Source of the DNA: a virus
IMG/VR virus record: IMGVR_UViG_3300045942_000110
Length of the DNA: 64,000 nt
Reading direction: 5' to 3' (one strand)
Below the pieces are notes generated by a model that was not told the DNA's origin, made no database searches, and saw only the letters and a program-made list of their open reading frames with translations. Positions 25,943 to 33,997 of the stretch are shown here, in pieces; positions within the stretch are counted from its first letter, which is position 1, and each line of letters opens with the position of its first letter. The translations under genes were made by a program, and so were the position numbers.

Positions 25943-26202
25943 TGACCGAGGTGCGCTGGGACGACCTGCTCAAACCGCGCTGCTCGTGCATGTCGAGCTT
26001 CGACGGCGAGGGTGACGGCACGTGCGCTGTCCACGCCCAGAACCCGGAGCATCCGTTCTGTCCGTACTGCATGTCTGATCAGACCGACATTCTGACGGAC
26101 CCGCTCGGCATCGAGCCGACGACGATCGAGTGCCACGATTGCGGCACCTCGGCCCTGGTGCGAGCACAGAAACCCACCTCGGGAGACGCTCAGAGACCGT
26201 AG
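25942..26202 (+). CDS. small Cys-rich protein
   Basis: Contains CSC...CAVH...CPYC...CHDC. TGATG coupling. Confidence 0.6.
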   Translation: MTEVRWDDLLKPRCSCMSSFDGEGDGTCAVHAQNPEHPFCPYCMSDQTDILTDPLGIEPTTIECHDCGTSALVRAQKPTSGDAQRP

Positions 26203-26218
26203 GTGATCCTCCGCCGCC

Positions 26219-26239
26219 GTGCTACAATATGTAATACGG
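26219..26239 (+). promoter_or_regulatory. class-1 promoter-like motif, copy H
   Basis: gtgctacaatatgtaatacgg followed by the hairpin ggctttgcttcggaaagcc. Lies 43 nt before ATG 26282. Confidence 0.55.
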
Positions 26240-26281
26240 CTTTGCTTCGGAAAGCCCGTAAAATCAAGGGAGAACGCGCCT

Positions 26282-27106
26282 ATGTCTTCAAGTTTTGGCG
26301 GAGTTGAGCTCAACTCGCTGGAATCCATGCCGGATGACTACGGGCGGTGGCTCATCCACGGTCCGCAGGGTGCCGGCAAGTCCACTCTCGCGTCGACGGT
26401 CGCGGAGATGGGAAAGACCCTGTTCATCGACCTCAACGGTGAGAAGGGCATCAAGTCGTTCAAGGGCGCTCCGTACGCCGCGAACATCGTCGTCGCGAGG
26501 CCCACCTCGATCACGGCCCTCGACGACATCTTCTGGGAGCTGAACAAGGGCAACCACGACTTCGTCGCGGTGGTCATCGACTCGCTCACCGGTTTCCAGA
26601 AGATGACCATGCGGTACCTGCTGAAGCACGACGAGACCGCCGTGCGCGAGATCAAGCAGGGGTCGGCTCCCGCTGACATCCGCACCTGGGGTCAGTCGCT
26701 CGATGTCATGACCGACACCGCGACGTTCTGGTACGGCCTCAGCGACGGCAACCGCCCGCGTCCGATGCACGTCATCATGACGGCGCAGACGAAGTACCTC
26801 GAGAACGAGAACACCGGTGAGAAGTCGGCGACGCCCGACGTGCAGAAGGGCGCTCTCAGCATCACGCTGGCCAGCCCGGACTACATCGTCTACTGCGACC
26901 TCGAGGACAACGATGAGGCGATGTCGGACGAGAGTCTGCCTCCTCAGCGGCACGTCGTGCGCTTCGGCGCGAACAACGACTACCGCACCAAAGCCCGCGT
27001 GCCGATCAACCTGCGGGGCAAGATCCCGCCGGTGCTCGGCCGCACCAAGCCGACGAGCCTTGCAACCCTGAGTAAGGTCCTCGGAATCGGTGGGGCTGCG
27101 GCGTAG
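26282..27106 (+). CDS. Sak4-like RecA-family ATPase (recombination)
   Basis: Walker A HGPQGAGKST and Walker B VVIDSLT. Sits immediately upstream of the DUF669-like gene, as in known Sak4 modules. Confidence 0.75.
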   Translation: MSSSFGGVELNSLESMPDDYGRWLIHGPQGAGKSTLASTVAEMGKTLFIDLNGEKGIKSFKGAPYAANIVVARPTSITALDDIFWELNKGNHDFVAVVIDSLTGFQKMTMRYLLKHDETAVREIKQGSAPADIRTWGQSLDVMTDTATFWYGLSDGNRPRPMHVIMTAQTKYLENENTGEKSATPDVQKGALSITLASPDYIVYCDLEDNDEAMSDESLPPQRHVVRFGANNDYRTKARVPINLRGKIPPVLGRTKPTSLATLSKVLGIGGAAA

Positions 27107-27158
27107 GCCGCGGCTCGACCGATAGTTCAGTCAGGGTCAACAACAGAGAGATGGTGCT

Positions 27159-27773
27159 ATGAGCGATGTCATGACGATTGACCTCTCCAACTACAAGGAT
27201 CGGGTCGGCGCCCGCGTGACGCCGGGTCGCTACCGTGTGGTGGTGGAGGACGTCGAGCAGGACAAGTCCAAGACCGGTGGCAACCCGATGATCAACGTCT
27301 GGTACAAGATCATCGGCGGCGAGTTCGACGGGCAGACGCTGATCGACCGCCTGACGATCACGGAGAAGGCCCTCTTCCGAGTGGTCGGCTTCATGCAGGC
27401 GATCGGCCTCCCCACGCCGAAGAAGAAGCTGCAGATCAACCCGCGGCGGTTCCTCGGTCAGAAGCTGGACGTGGACGTCGACGACGGAGAGCCGTACAAC
27501 GGTCGCGTGAAGTCCGAAATCCGCGGCTACGTCCGCATCCCGAAGGACCAGCGCGACAACGAGGCCCAGGACCTCGAGACCGAGTCGGCCGAAGCGCCCG
27601 ACGCGACCTCGAACCCGGACCCCGCGCTCGCTGCGGGAGCCGCGACGGCTGCGGCCGCCACGGGAGAGACCCCCGGACCCGCCGGCGGCTCCGCGAACAC
27701 CAACGCTTCGGCGTCGGCATCCGCGGCATCCGACGACGACGGTGAGGTCGACCTCGACAACCTGGATCTCTGA
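27159..27773 (+). CDS. DUF669-like single-strand DNA-binding protein
   Basis: N-terminal OB-like region (GRYRVVVEDVEQDKSKTGGNPMINVWYKI), a low-complexity linker and an acidic tail DDDGEVDLDNLDL. Confidence 0.65.
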   Translation: MSDVMTIDLSNYKDRVGARVTPGRYRVVVEDVEQDKSKTGGNPMINVWYKIIGGEFDGQTLIDRLTITEKALFRVVGFMQAIGLPTPKKKLQINPRRFLGQKLDVDVDDGEPYNGRVKSEIRGYVRIPKDQRDNEAQDLETESAEAPDATSNPDPALAAGAATAAAATGETPGPAGGSANTNASASASAASDDDGEVDLDNLDL

Positions 27774-27790
27774 TCCAGCGCTGAGGCGGT

Positions 27791-27823
27791 AGGGCGGGTG
27801 TCTCCCACCGGGGCACCCGCTCT
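27791..27823 (+). terminator. stem-loop after SSB-like gene
   Basis: 10-bp stem agggcgggtg / cacccgctct (one G-U pair) with a 13-nt loop. Confidence 0.45.
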
Positions 27824-27828
27824 ACGCT
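27823..27828 (+). promoter_or_regulatory. TACGCT -10-like hexamer (leaderless type)
   Basis: TACGCT, then 7 nt, then ATG 27836. No SD in between. Confidence 0.45.
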
Positions 27829-27835
27829 CGACAGC

Positions 27836-28198
27836 ATGGCAGCCACCAACGAGACCGGCCTCGTGAATCAGATCACGAAGGCGGTCAAGACGCGGTTCCC
27901 CGACTCCTGGGTCATGAAGGTCCACGGTGGGCCGATGCAGGTAGCCGGCATCCCCGACCTCATCATCATCGTTCACGGCGTCGTCGTGGCCGCTGAGGTC
28001 AAGCATCAGAAGCCTCGTGAGAGCGAGGCGCACGCTCGCGGAAGGGCCACGGCCATTCAGTGGGCACAGATCAAGAAGCTCCGCGCCGCGGGCGCGACCA
28101 GTGGGGTCGTGCTGAGCGTCGAGGAGACGATGACTCTGATCGAGCAAGCGCTCGACAGGCGATACGCCCAGGCAGGGCAGAGAGAAGAACCATCATGA
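27836..28198 (+). CDS. VRR-NUC / PD-(D/E)XK nuclease (Holliday-junction resolvase-like)
   Basis: IPDLIIIVHGVVVAAEVKHQKP matches the D...ExK nuclease core. Confidence 0.75.
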   Translation: MAATNETGLVNQITKAVKTRFPDSWVMKVHGGPMQVAGIPDLIIIVHGVVVAAEVKHQKPRESEAHARGRATAIQWAQIKKLRAAGATSGVVLSVEETMTLIEQALDRRYAQAGQREEPS

Positions 28199-28572
28199 GC
28201 GAGCAGTATCCCGTGAAGCCCGACGTGGCCAGCAGCGCGCAGTCGGAGCCCGTCCGCGAGGCACCCTCGACCGACGTGCACGTCCTCGGCAACGACGTCC
28301 AGAGTGCCGTCGCGCGGCTCCGTTCCGACCTGCAGAAGGTCAAGCCCTTCCCCGACGGCACCATCCTCGCGTTCACCTCGGTCTCCAGCCAGGGTCAGCA
28401 CTACCACTACTCCGCGATCTTCGCCGCGGGTCAGTGGTGGTTCACCGGGCAGGGCAACGGCTACTTCCCCAAGTCCGCCGGCCACCAGGAGCTGGTCGAG
28501 CTGCTGGCCACTCGCGGTCACACCATCTTCGACCTCAAGGTCGCCACCCAGTTCGAGTCCATCGAGCTCTGA
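28195..28572 (+). CDS. hypothetical protein
   Basis: ATGA coupling. Confidence 0.65.
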   Translation: MSEQYPVKPDVASSAQSEPVREAPSTDVHVLGNDVQSAVARLRSDLQKVKPFPDGTILAFTSVSSQGQHYHYSAIFAAGQWWFTGQGNGYFPKSAGHQELVELLATRGHTIFDLKVATQFESIEL

Positions 28573-28598
28573 GCACGACCCCCGAAGGAGACAGACGC

Positions 28599-29624
28599 AT
28601 GTCACACGAAATCACCGCATCCGATGGGATGTTCACGGTCCGCCTCGCTGCCTGGCACGGCCTCGGAACCGTCTTCGAGGACTACCCCAAGCGCGAGGAG
28701 GCGCAGGCGATCGCCCACCCGTGGGACGTCGTCGAGGAGCCGCTGTTCCGCAAGATCAAGGCCGACTCCAACGGCATCGAGACGGTCGTCGACGGCGACG
28801 GGGTGGACTACGACCGCCTCGAGCAGGTCAAGGGCTTCAAGGCGAACGTCCGCTCGGACAACGACATGACGCTGGGCGTCGTCACCGAGAAGTTCACCAA
28901 CGTCACGAACCACGAGCTGTGGGACGTGGCCGAGTCGCTGGAGCGCTCCGGCGCCGACGTCATGTTCGAGACGGGCGGGTCGCTCAAGGGCGGCCGCAAC
29001 GTCTGGGTGCTGCTGCGTCTGCAGGAGCCGCTCGTGGTGAAGGGTGACCCCCGCGGCGAGACGATCCCGTACTACGCGCTGCAGAACAGCTTCGACGGCT
29101 CGGGCGCGTTCCGCGGTCAGGCGACCATGACCCGCATCGTCTGCGCGAACACCGCGCGCGTCGCGGACATGGACGCGAAGGCCCGCGGCACGGAGTTCAC
29201 GTTCCGTCACTCCACGAACGTCGGCGAGCGCGTCGAGGAGGCCCGCATCGCGCTGGCCCAGTGGCGTGAGTCGCTCACGGCCTGGCAGGCGCAGGCGGAG
29301 GCCCTCGTGGAGCGCAAGCTGCCCGAGATGAGCGCCTCCGCGTTCCTGGACCGGTTCATTCCGGTGCCGCCGGCGAACCTCGTCACCGAGCGCGTCATGC
29401 AGAACGTGATCAAGGACCGCAGCAAGTGGCTGGAGGCGTACAACGGCGTCACCGGTGAGGGGCTGCGCGACACCGCGTACGGTCTCGTGCAGGCGTCGGT
29501 GGAGTTCCTCGAGTGGGGCCGCAAGGCGTTCACCGCGGAGAGCCGCTTCCAGCGCTCGTTCCTCAGCAAGAACGACCTGGTCACGCACGCGGTGAACCTC
29601 GCGATGGAGGCTCCGCTCCGATGA
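28599..29624 (+). CDS. DUF932-like phage/plasmid protein
   Basis: gaaggag SD 8 nt upstream. The N-terminus MSHEITASDGMFTVRLAAWHGLG is typical of the family as I recall it. Confidence 0.7.
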   Translation: MSHEITASDGMFTVRLAAWHGLGTVFEDYPKREEAQAIAHPWDVVEEPLFRKIKADSNGIETVVDGDGVDYDRLEQVKGFKANVRSDNDMTLGVVTEKFTNVTNHELWDVAESLERSGADVMFETGGSLKGGRNVWVLLRLQEPLVVKGDPRGETIPYYALQNSFDGSGAFRGQATMTRIVCANTARVADMDAKARGTEFTFRHSTNVGERVEEARIALAQWRESLTAWQAQAEALVERKLPEMSASAFLDRFIPVPPANLVTERVMQNVIKDRSKWLEAYNGVTGEGLRDTAYGLVQASVEFLEWGRKAFTAESRFQRSFLSKNDLVTHAVNLAMEAPLR

Positions 29625-30370
29625 CGCAGTCATTCGTGTCTTCCGAGGGGTTGGGGTTTGTCGCCCTGACCCTTCGGGAGGGCGGTGAGCTCTGGCTCGC
29701 TGCCGCAAGCATCTACGCCGTCGAGAAGGACCCGAACGAGGACTTCACGATGATCAAGACTGTCGCCGAGCCGATTGGTGTCCAGGAGTCGCCCGGCGTC
29801 ATCTTCGATGCGATTGCTCAGCTGGAGGTCAACAACAACGACCGCGGGCGTGAGCGTCACGAGCAGGAGTTCGTCCAGCACGTCAAGGAGAACAGCATCC
29901 AGGTGGTCGGTCACGAGGACGACGACATCCACTTGCGGTACTCGGATCCGCACTGGAAGGCGCTCGTCACCGACGGTTACGTCGCGGCGGCTCCGGACAA
30001 CTCGAACCCGGCCTCGACCGGAGCGCGGCTGTCCGACCTCGTGAACTCTCCGGTCAGCACGCCGGGGTACGTGGTTCGTGCCGAGAAGCAGGCCGAGGAG
30101 AGCGATCTTTCTGACGAGGAGAAGGGCGACGACGCAGCGGTGCTGCAGGTCTTCCAGTCTTCGGACGAGGCAACGCTCGGTGCGGCGGCGATCGTGCAGG
30201 GTGTGCCCAGCATGGCGCGCGCGAACATCAGCGCGTCGCTCGCGCGTCACGTCGCCTCCGGCGTTCTCGATGTGGACGAGTCCACCGGGAAGAAGCGCTG
30301 GTCCCTCGCGGCCGAAGGCGACTTCCAGATCGACCTGAGTGGCTACGACCACTCGGAGTCGGCGGGCTGA
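29621..30370 (+). CDS. hypothetical acidic protein, possible C-terminal winged helix
   Basis: ATGA coupling. C-terminal ISASLARHVASGVLDVDESTGKKRWSL. Confidence 0.6.
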   Translation: MTQSFVSSEGLGFVALTLREGGELWLAAASIYAVEKDPNEDFTMIKTVAEPIGVQESPGVIFDAIAQLEVNNNDRGRERHEQEFVQHVKENSIQVVGHEDDDIHLRYSDPHWKALVTDGYVAAAPDNSNPASTGARLSDLVNSPVSTPGYVVRAEKQAEESDLSDEEKGDDAAVLQVFQSSDEATLGAAAIVQGVPSMARANISASLARHVASGVLDVDESTGKKRWSLAAEGDFQIDLSGYDHSESAG

Positions 30371-30371
30371 C

Positions 30372-30746
30372 GTGCTGATCCGGGACGGGCGGGTCGACCT
30401 GGATCACGACTTCGCTCGAGACGCTCTGCAGATCATCCACGATCGCCCTCGGGAGGTGTTCGTCCAAGACCGGCGCTTCCAGGTCATGCGGCCTGGAGCC
30501 CGGCTGGAGGGCATCCTCTTGTTCGGCGAGAAGCATTACTCGGGCTGGTCGCGGAAGCTGTGGCCTGGTGAGGTCATCACCTGCGACGGCTGGCGACCGG
30601 GATTCGACAACACGGCCGAGGGCGTGAATTGGACGGGACCGCGGGTCCCGGAGAACGCTCTGTGGGTGCAGGTCTGGCCCATGCAGGGACTTTTCACCCC
30701 CTGGCCGATGGATGGCGTGCTTCGTGCGCTGCCCGACGAGAACTGA
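30372..30746 (+). CDS. hypothetical protein
   Basis: GTG 30372 lies 2 nt after the upstream stop. Confidence 0.55.
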   Translation: MLIRDGRVDLDHDFARDALQIIHDRPREVFVQDRRFQVMRPGARLEGILLFGEKHYSGWSRKLWPGEVITCDGWRPGFDNTAEGVNWTGPRVPENALWVQVWPMQGLFTPWPMDGVLRALPDEN

Positions 30747-30758
30747 GACGGAGACATC

Positions 30759-30959
30759 ATGGCTCTTGCGAAAGAAGCCTTCACCCAGGAGTCGCTCGAC
30801 TCTTTGGCGCAAGACAAGATCCACGAGCTGTACGACGTCATCGAGCGTCGGCGGCCGGCGGATCAGCCGCCTTCCGAGGTGGCGAAGCTGCTGAAGATGT
30901 GGGACCTCGACGATCACTATCGCGAGTGGTTTGAGACCGGCGACGAGGAGTGGAGCTGA
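30759..30959 (+). CDS. hypothetical protein
   Basis: ATG after gagacggagac. Confidence 0.6.
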   Translation: MALAKEAFTQESLDSLAQDKIHELYDVIERRRPADQPPSEVAKLLKMWDLDDHYREWFETGDEEWS

Positions 30960-30961
30960 GT

Positions 30962-31171
30962 ATGACGAAGTACACCGGGTACGACTCCACGGGCGTTGAG
31001 CTGTTCGTCGAGGAGTCGTCGAACCTCCCGCGTCTGCTGGCGCTCAAGGATCCGTCCGAAGAGGGCGGTCTCGGCCGCACGTTCGAGCAGATCGTCCGCG
31101 ACAACGACGGGTACATCGAAGACCACAACACCGTGGTCGTCTTCGATTCCCAGGACGACGATCGGCCATGA
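30962..31171 (+). CDS. hypothetical acidic protein
   Basis: ATG 30962 (alternative GTG 30950). Confidence 0.55.
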   Translation: MTKYTGYDSTGVELFVEESSNLPRLLALKDPSEEGGLGRTFEQIVRDNDGYIEDHNTVVVFDSQDDDRP

Positions 31172-31680
31172 GCAGCATCGAGAGCGTCTACAAGCCGCAC
31201 ATCCTCGACAAGGCTCGTGAGCTGATCGGGCTGCCGCATGCGGTGCAGCGCGACGCCGAGGATCGCACCGTCTGGTGGGTGAAGGGCTTGCGTGGGTCGA
31301 AGTACCGTGTGCAGCTGATCGTCCCGCGCGACGAGGAGGACGGCGAGGATCAGACCGTCGTGATCAACGACGAGCTCGAGCGCGAGGGCGTGCAGGTCGG
31401 CAACTACGTCGACGGCTTCCGTGTCATCCCTCGTCAGGCCGACGTGCCGCTGGTCAGCTGCTCGTGCCCGAACGGCATGAACCGCGGTGGCCGGCCGCAG
31501 TGCTATCACACGGCTGCGGTGTTGCTCTTGCTCGAAGAGGGCAAGGCCGACGAGGCGCCGACCATGACGGACCCGAATCCCCTGAACGAGGACTTCACCG
31601 GTGGCGGTGGCGACGCTGAAATCGAGCGTCTCCGTGCCGAGGGGTACACCGACACCGAGATCGAGTTCCTCCGTTCCTGA
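31168..31680 (+). CDS. SWIM zinc-finger protein
   Basis: CSCPNGMNRGGRPQCYH matches the CxC...CxH SWIM pattern. Confidence 0.7.
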   Translation: MSSIESVYKPHILDKARELIGLPHAVQRDAEDRTVWWVKGLRGSKYRVQLIVPRDEEDGEDQTVVINDELEREGVQVGNYVDGFRVIPRQADVPLVSCSCPNGMNRGGRPQCYHTAAVLLLLEEGKADEAPTMTDPNPLNEDFTGGGGDAEIERLRAEGYTDTEIEFLRS

Positions 31681-31686
31681 GAACAC

Positions 31687-31710
31687 GCCTCCGGCCAGTA
31701 GGCTGGAGGT
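31687..31710 (+). terminator. stem-loop after SWIM gene
   Basis: 10-bp stem gcctccggcc / ggctggaggt (two G-U pairs) with loop agta. Confidence 0.55.
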
Positions 31711-31891
31711 ACAAATCGTGGGCGTCCCGATGTCGCCCGCGCGCAAACGCGGCAGAGCCAATACCTTCGTCGGATGAGGCTCGACGGGTCCTAGGATCCA
31801 CCGGTGGATTGGTCTCCACAGAACGACAAGTGCGACGCGTGAGCTGAGGTTTTGGCCTCACACCTGGTCCCGGGTGGCGAAAAGGGCGCGA

Positions 31892-32015
31892 TCCGAAGTA
31901 GCTCAGTGGCAGAGCAGCGGCAGGGCCCGCCGGACAAGGACTATGGCAGAGCGTACGACGCGGCTTATGTTCCCGGTGCGACCGCAGGTCAGAGGTTCAA
32001 ATCCTCTCTTCGGAA
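31892..32015 (+). tRNA. tRNA-like element, non-canonical (59 nt in place of the 7-nt anticodon loop)
   Basis: Acceptor stem tccgaag / cttcgga. D arm gctc-agtggca-gagc. T arm agagg-ttcaaat-cctct. Stem gcgg / ccgc in the anticodon-stem position, followed by a 5-nt variable loop aggtc. Internal duplicate of tggcagagc. Confidence 0.45.
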
Positions 32016-32170
32016 CAGGCGTCACGAAGTAACGGATACGGCCAAGGCACCCTGCCGCCAGCGGCCCAAGACCGACTACTCACGACCCTTGGTGGCGACC
32101 TATATACGCACAGCAGACCCGGCAAGGTCATCCCGTTTAAGGGCTGAACCTACCGGGTCTTGCTGTTTCC

Positions 32171-32220
32171 AGCCCCGGCTTGGACTACATCATCAAATGT
32201 GGTTCAGGCCGGGGCTTTTT
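32171..32220 (+). terminator. intrinsic terminator (GC stem plus T5)
   Basis: agccccggc / gccggggct extendable to about 16 bp, followed by ttttt. It ends the untranslated 31.7-32.2 kb locus. Confidence 0.8.
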
Positions 32221-32258
32221 CGTGCCCAAGTCGGGGTACGACGGCCGGAGCGTTAGGC

Positions 32259-32283
32259 AGCGTAGTACGGGGCGTAGTACGCT
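32259..32283 (+). promoter_or_regulatory. class-2 element: duplicated GCGTAGTACG, second copy ending in TACGCT
   Basis: agcgtagtacgg ggcgtagtacgct. TACGCT is at 32278-32283, then 6 nt, then GTG 32290, with no SD. Confidence 0.55.
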
Positions 32284-32289
32284 CCCTCC

Positions 32290-32565
32290 GTGGCCGATCC
32301 TCTCAGCACCCCCGGGCTTCCCTGCCCCGAGTGTCGAGAGCGCCTACGCAGCGACGGCCAAGAGGTCACTGGCATGAACCGGATCGGCAACCGCCGCGGG
32401 ATCTGCATGACGTGCAACGCGTTCGTACAGGCTGTGAAGCGGCATGCGGCTTCGCGCCTGAAGGAGCTGCACGCCGAGGACTACGAGCGCATGCGCCTGG
32501 CCGTCGAGATGGACCTGTACCCGGGTGTCATCGAGAAGTGGAACCTCGAGAAGGGCCTGCGATGA
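32290..32565 (+). CDS. small zinc-ribbon-like protein
   Basis: Contains CPECRERL...CMTCNAF. Predicted leaderless GTG start. Confidence 0.55.
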   Translation: MADPLSTPGLPCPECRERLRSDGQEVTGMNRIGNRRGICMTCNAFVQAVKRHAASRLKELHAEDYERMRLAVEMDLYPGVIEKWNLEKGLR

Positions 32566-33284
32566 CCGTCCTGCTCTACAGCTACAAGGCTGCCCTCGAC
32601 GACGGAGTCGAGCTCAAGCACTCGCTGCGCTCGGTGCAGCAGAACCTCCAGTTGGGCGACGAGCTGCAGGTGATGCTGGTCGGCGACCGACCGCCGGCGT
32701 GGTGCATTCCCGACGAGTGGGTGCAGGGCAACCCCGGCGACGACAAGGTCGCGAACATGGCCTACAACGTGCGGGCTGCCCTCGGGAAGCTTCGTGACAT
32801 CGCCGATCAGGGCGTCAACTTCGGAGACATCCTCTACCTGTCCGACGACTACTTCCTCCTGGACGTGGCGACGGCGGTACCGACGCTGAACGCGGGACTG
32901 CTGCGTGACCACGTCGAGCGCTGCCGCCGGGACCTGAGTGCTGGCCACTGGTACACCGCGGCGCTGGGCATGACGCATCAGGCCGTTCTGGGCATCCCTG
33001 GCGGGCCGTCATGGCCGCTGAGCTACGAGCTGCACCGCCCGTTTCCGCTCGACCTGTACACCGCGATCGACGCTCTCGACACCCTCCCCGATAAGGCGCT
33101 GTGGCGCACGTGGTACGGCAATTATGCCGAGCCCACCAGCTTCGCGGCGCGCGACGGTCGCTATGTCGGCCGGTCGTTCCCGATGGGCGTGCCGTGGGTG
33201 TCGACCGAAGAGTCCGCCTGGGCATCCTGGGCGGGCAAGCGCCTGGCCACGATGTTCCCGAACCCCTCGAGGTGGGAGCGATGA
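32562..33284 (+). CDS. putative glycosyl/hexose-phosphate transferase (Stealth-like?)
   Basis: ATGA coupling. ILYLSDDYFLL resembles the acidic DD motif of Stealth/GT-A enzymes. The assignment is tentative. Confidence 0.5.
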   Translation: MTVLLYSYKAALDDGVELKHSLRSVQQNLQLGDELQVMLVGDRPPAWCIPDEWVQGNPGDDKVANMAYNVRAALGKLRDIADQGVNFGDILYLSDDYFLLDVATAVPTLNAGLLRDHVERCRRDLSAGHWYTAALGMTHQAVLGIPGGPSWPLSYELHRPFPLDLYTAIDALDTLPDKALWRTWYGNYAEPTSFAARDGRYVGRSFPMGVPWVSTEESAWASWAGKRLATMFPNPSRWER

Positions 33285-33997
33285 CCGCGACTTTCCCCGT
33301 CCTGCCCGTCAAGCTGACGCCGGGCCCGATCCCGGCCGTCGTGCACCAGGTGTGGGTCGGCGGCGAGCCGCCCGCCTGGGTGCGTCCGCTCTGGGACCGC
33401 TGGGACGACTACGCGGCCGCACACCACCTCGAGATCCGACGGTGGACGGATGCCAACACCGAGCACACGCTGAGCCATCGGCTCATGGAGCAGTTTCACC
33501 TCACGCCGGTGCAGATGAGCGACTTCCTACGTATCGAGGTTCTGGCGATGCAGGGCGGCATCTACATGGACAGCGACACGTTCCCGCTGCAGCCGCTGCG
33601 CGAGGCGTACGGCGAAATGCCGGCGTGGTTCGCGCACGGGCAGGACTACATCAAGTCCGGAGCGCCGACCGTGTCGAACGCGATGATGGGCTTTCCGCAG
33701 GGCCACCCGTTCCTCTCGGACCTGTTCGACCACGGCGTGCGCGCGCTGCGTCGCGGGGTGAAGAACACGTTCGACATCATCGGGCCGGCGGCGATCCGCC
33801 GCGAGCTCGACAAGGTCGTTCTGACCAGTCCGGCCACAGAGATCAAGGTGGCGCCGGCGAAGCTGTTCCCCGCCTACCGGAAGGCCGACAAGGCCCTCGA
33901 GGCATCCCTCGGACGTCCGCTGAGCGAGGACGAGCTGCAGAAGCGCTTCCCGAACGCGCTGGTCGTGCACCGCAGCGCAGTGAGCTGGGTGAACTGA
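33281..33997 (+). CDS. glycosyltransferase, GT32-like (DXD)
   Basis: VHQVWVGG...PAW, SDFLRIEVLAMQGGIYMDSDTFPL. Confidence 0.75.
   Translation: MTATFPVLPVKLTPGPIPAVVHQVWVGGEPPAWVRPLWDRWDDYAAAHHLEIRRWTDANTEHTLSHRLMEQFHLTPVQMSDFLRIEVLAMQGGIYMDSDTFPLQPLREAYGEMPAWFAHGQDYIKSGAPTVSNAMMGFPQGHPFLSDLFDHGVRALRRGVKNTFDIIGPAAIRRELDKVVLTSPATEIKVAPAKLFPAYRKADKALEASLGRPLSEDELQKRFPNALVVHRSAVSWVN

Noticed and set aside
31892-32220. tmRNA hypothesis for the tRNA-like element plus downstream structured RNA
   Set aside because: The acceptor stem starts U1-A72 with no G3-U70 pair. The T arm and 3' acceptor strand lie only 124 nt from the 5' end rather than at the end of a ~350-nt RNA. I found no tag-like ORF ending in Ala-Ala-stop.
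31852-32256. 134-aa + strand ORF across the non-coding locus
   Set aside because: It reads straight through the tRNA-like element and the intrinsic terminator. It has Arg/Ser/Pro-rich composition and no SD or coupling signal.
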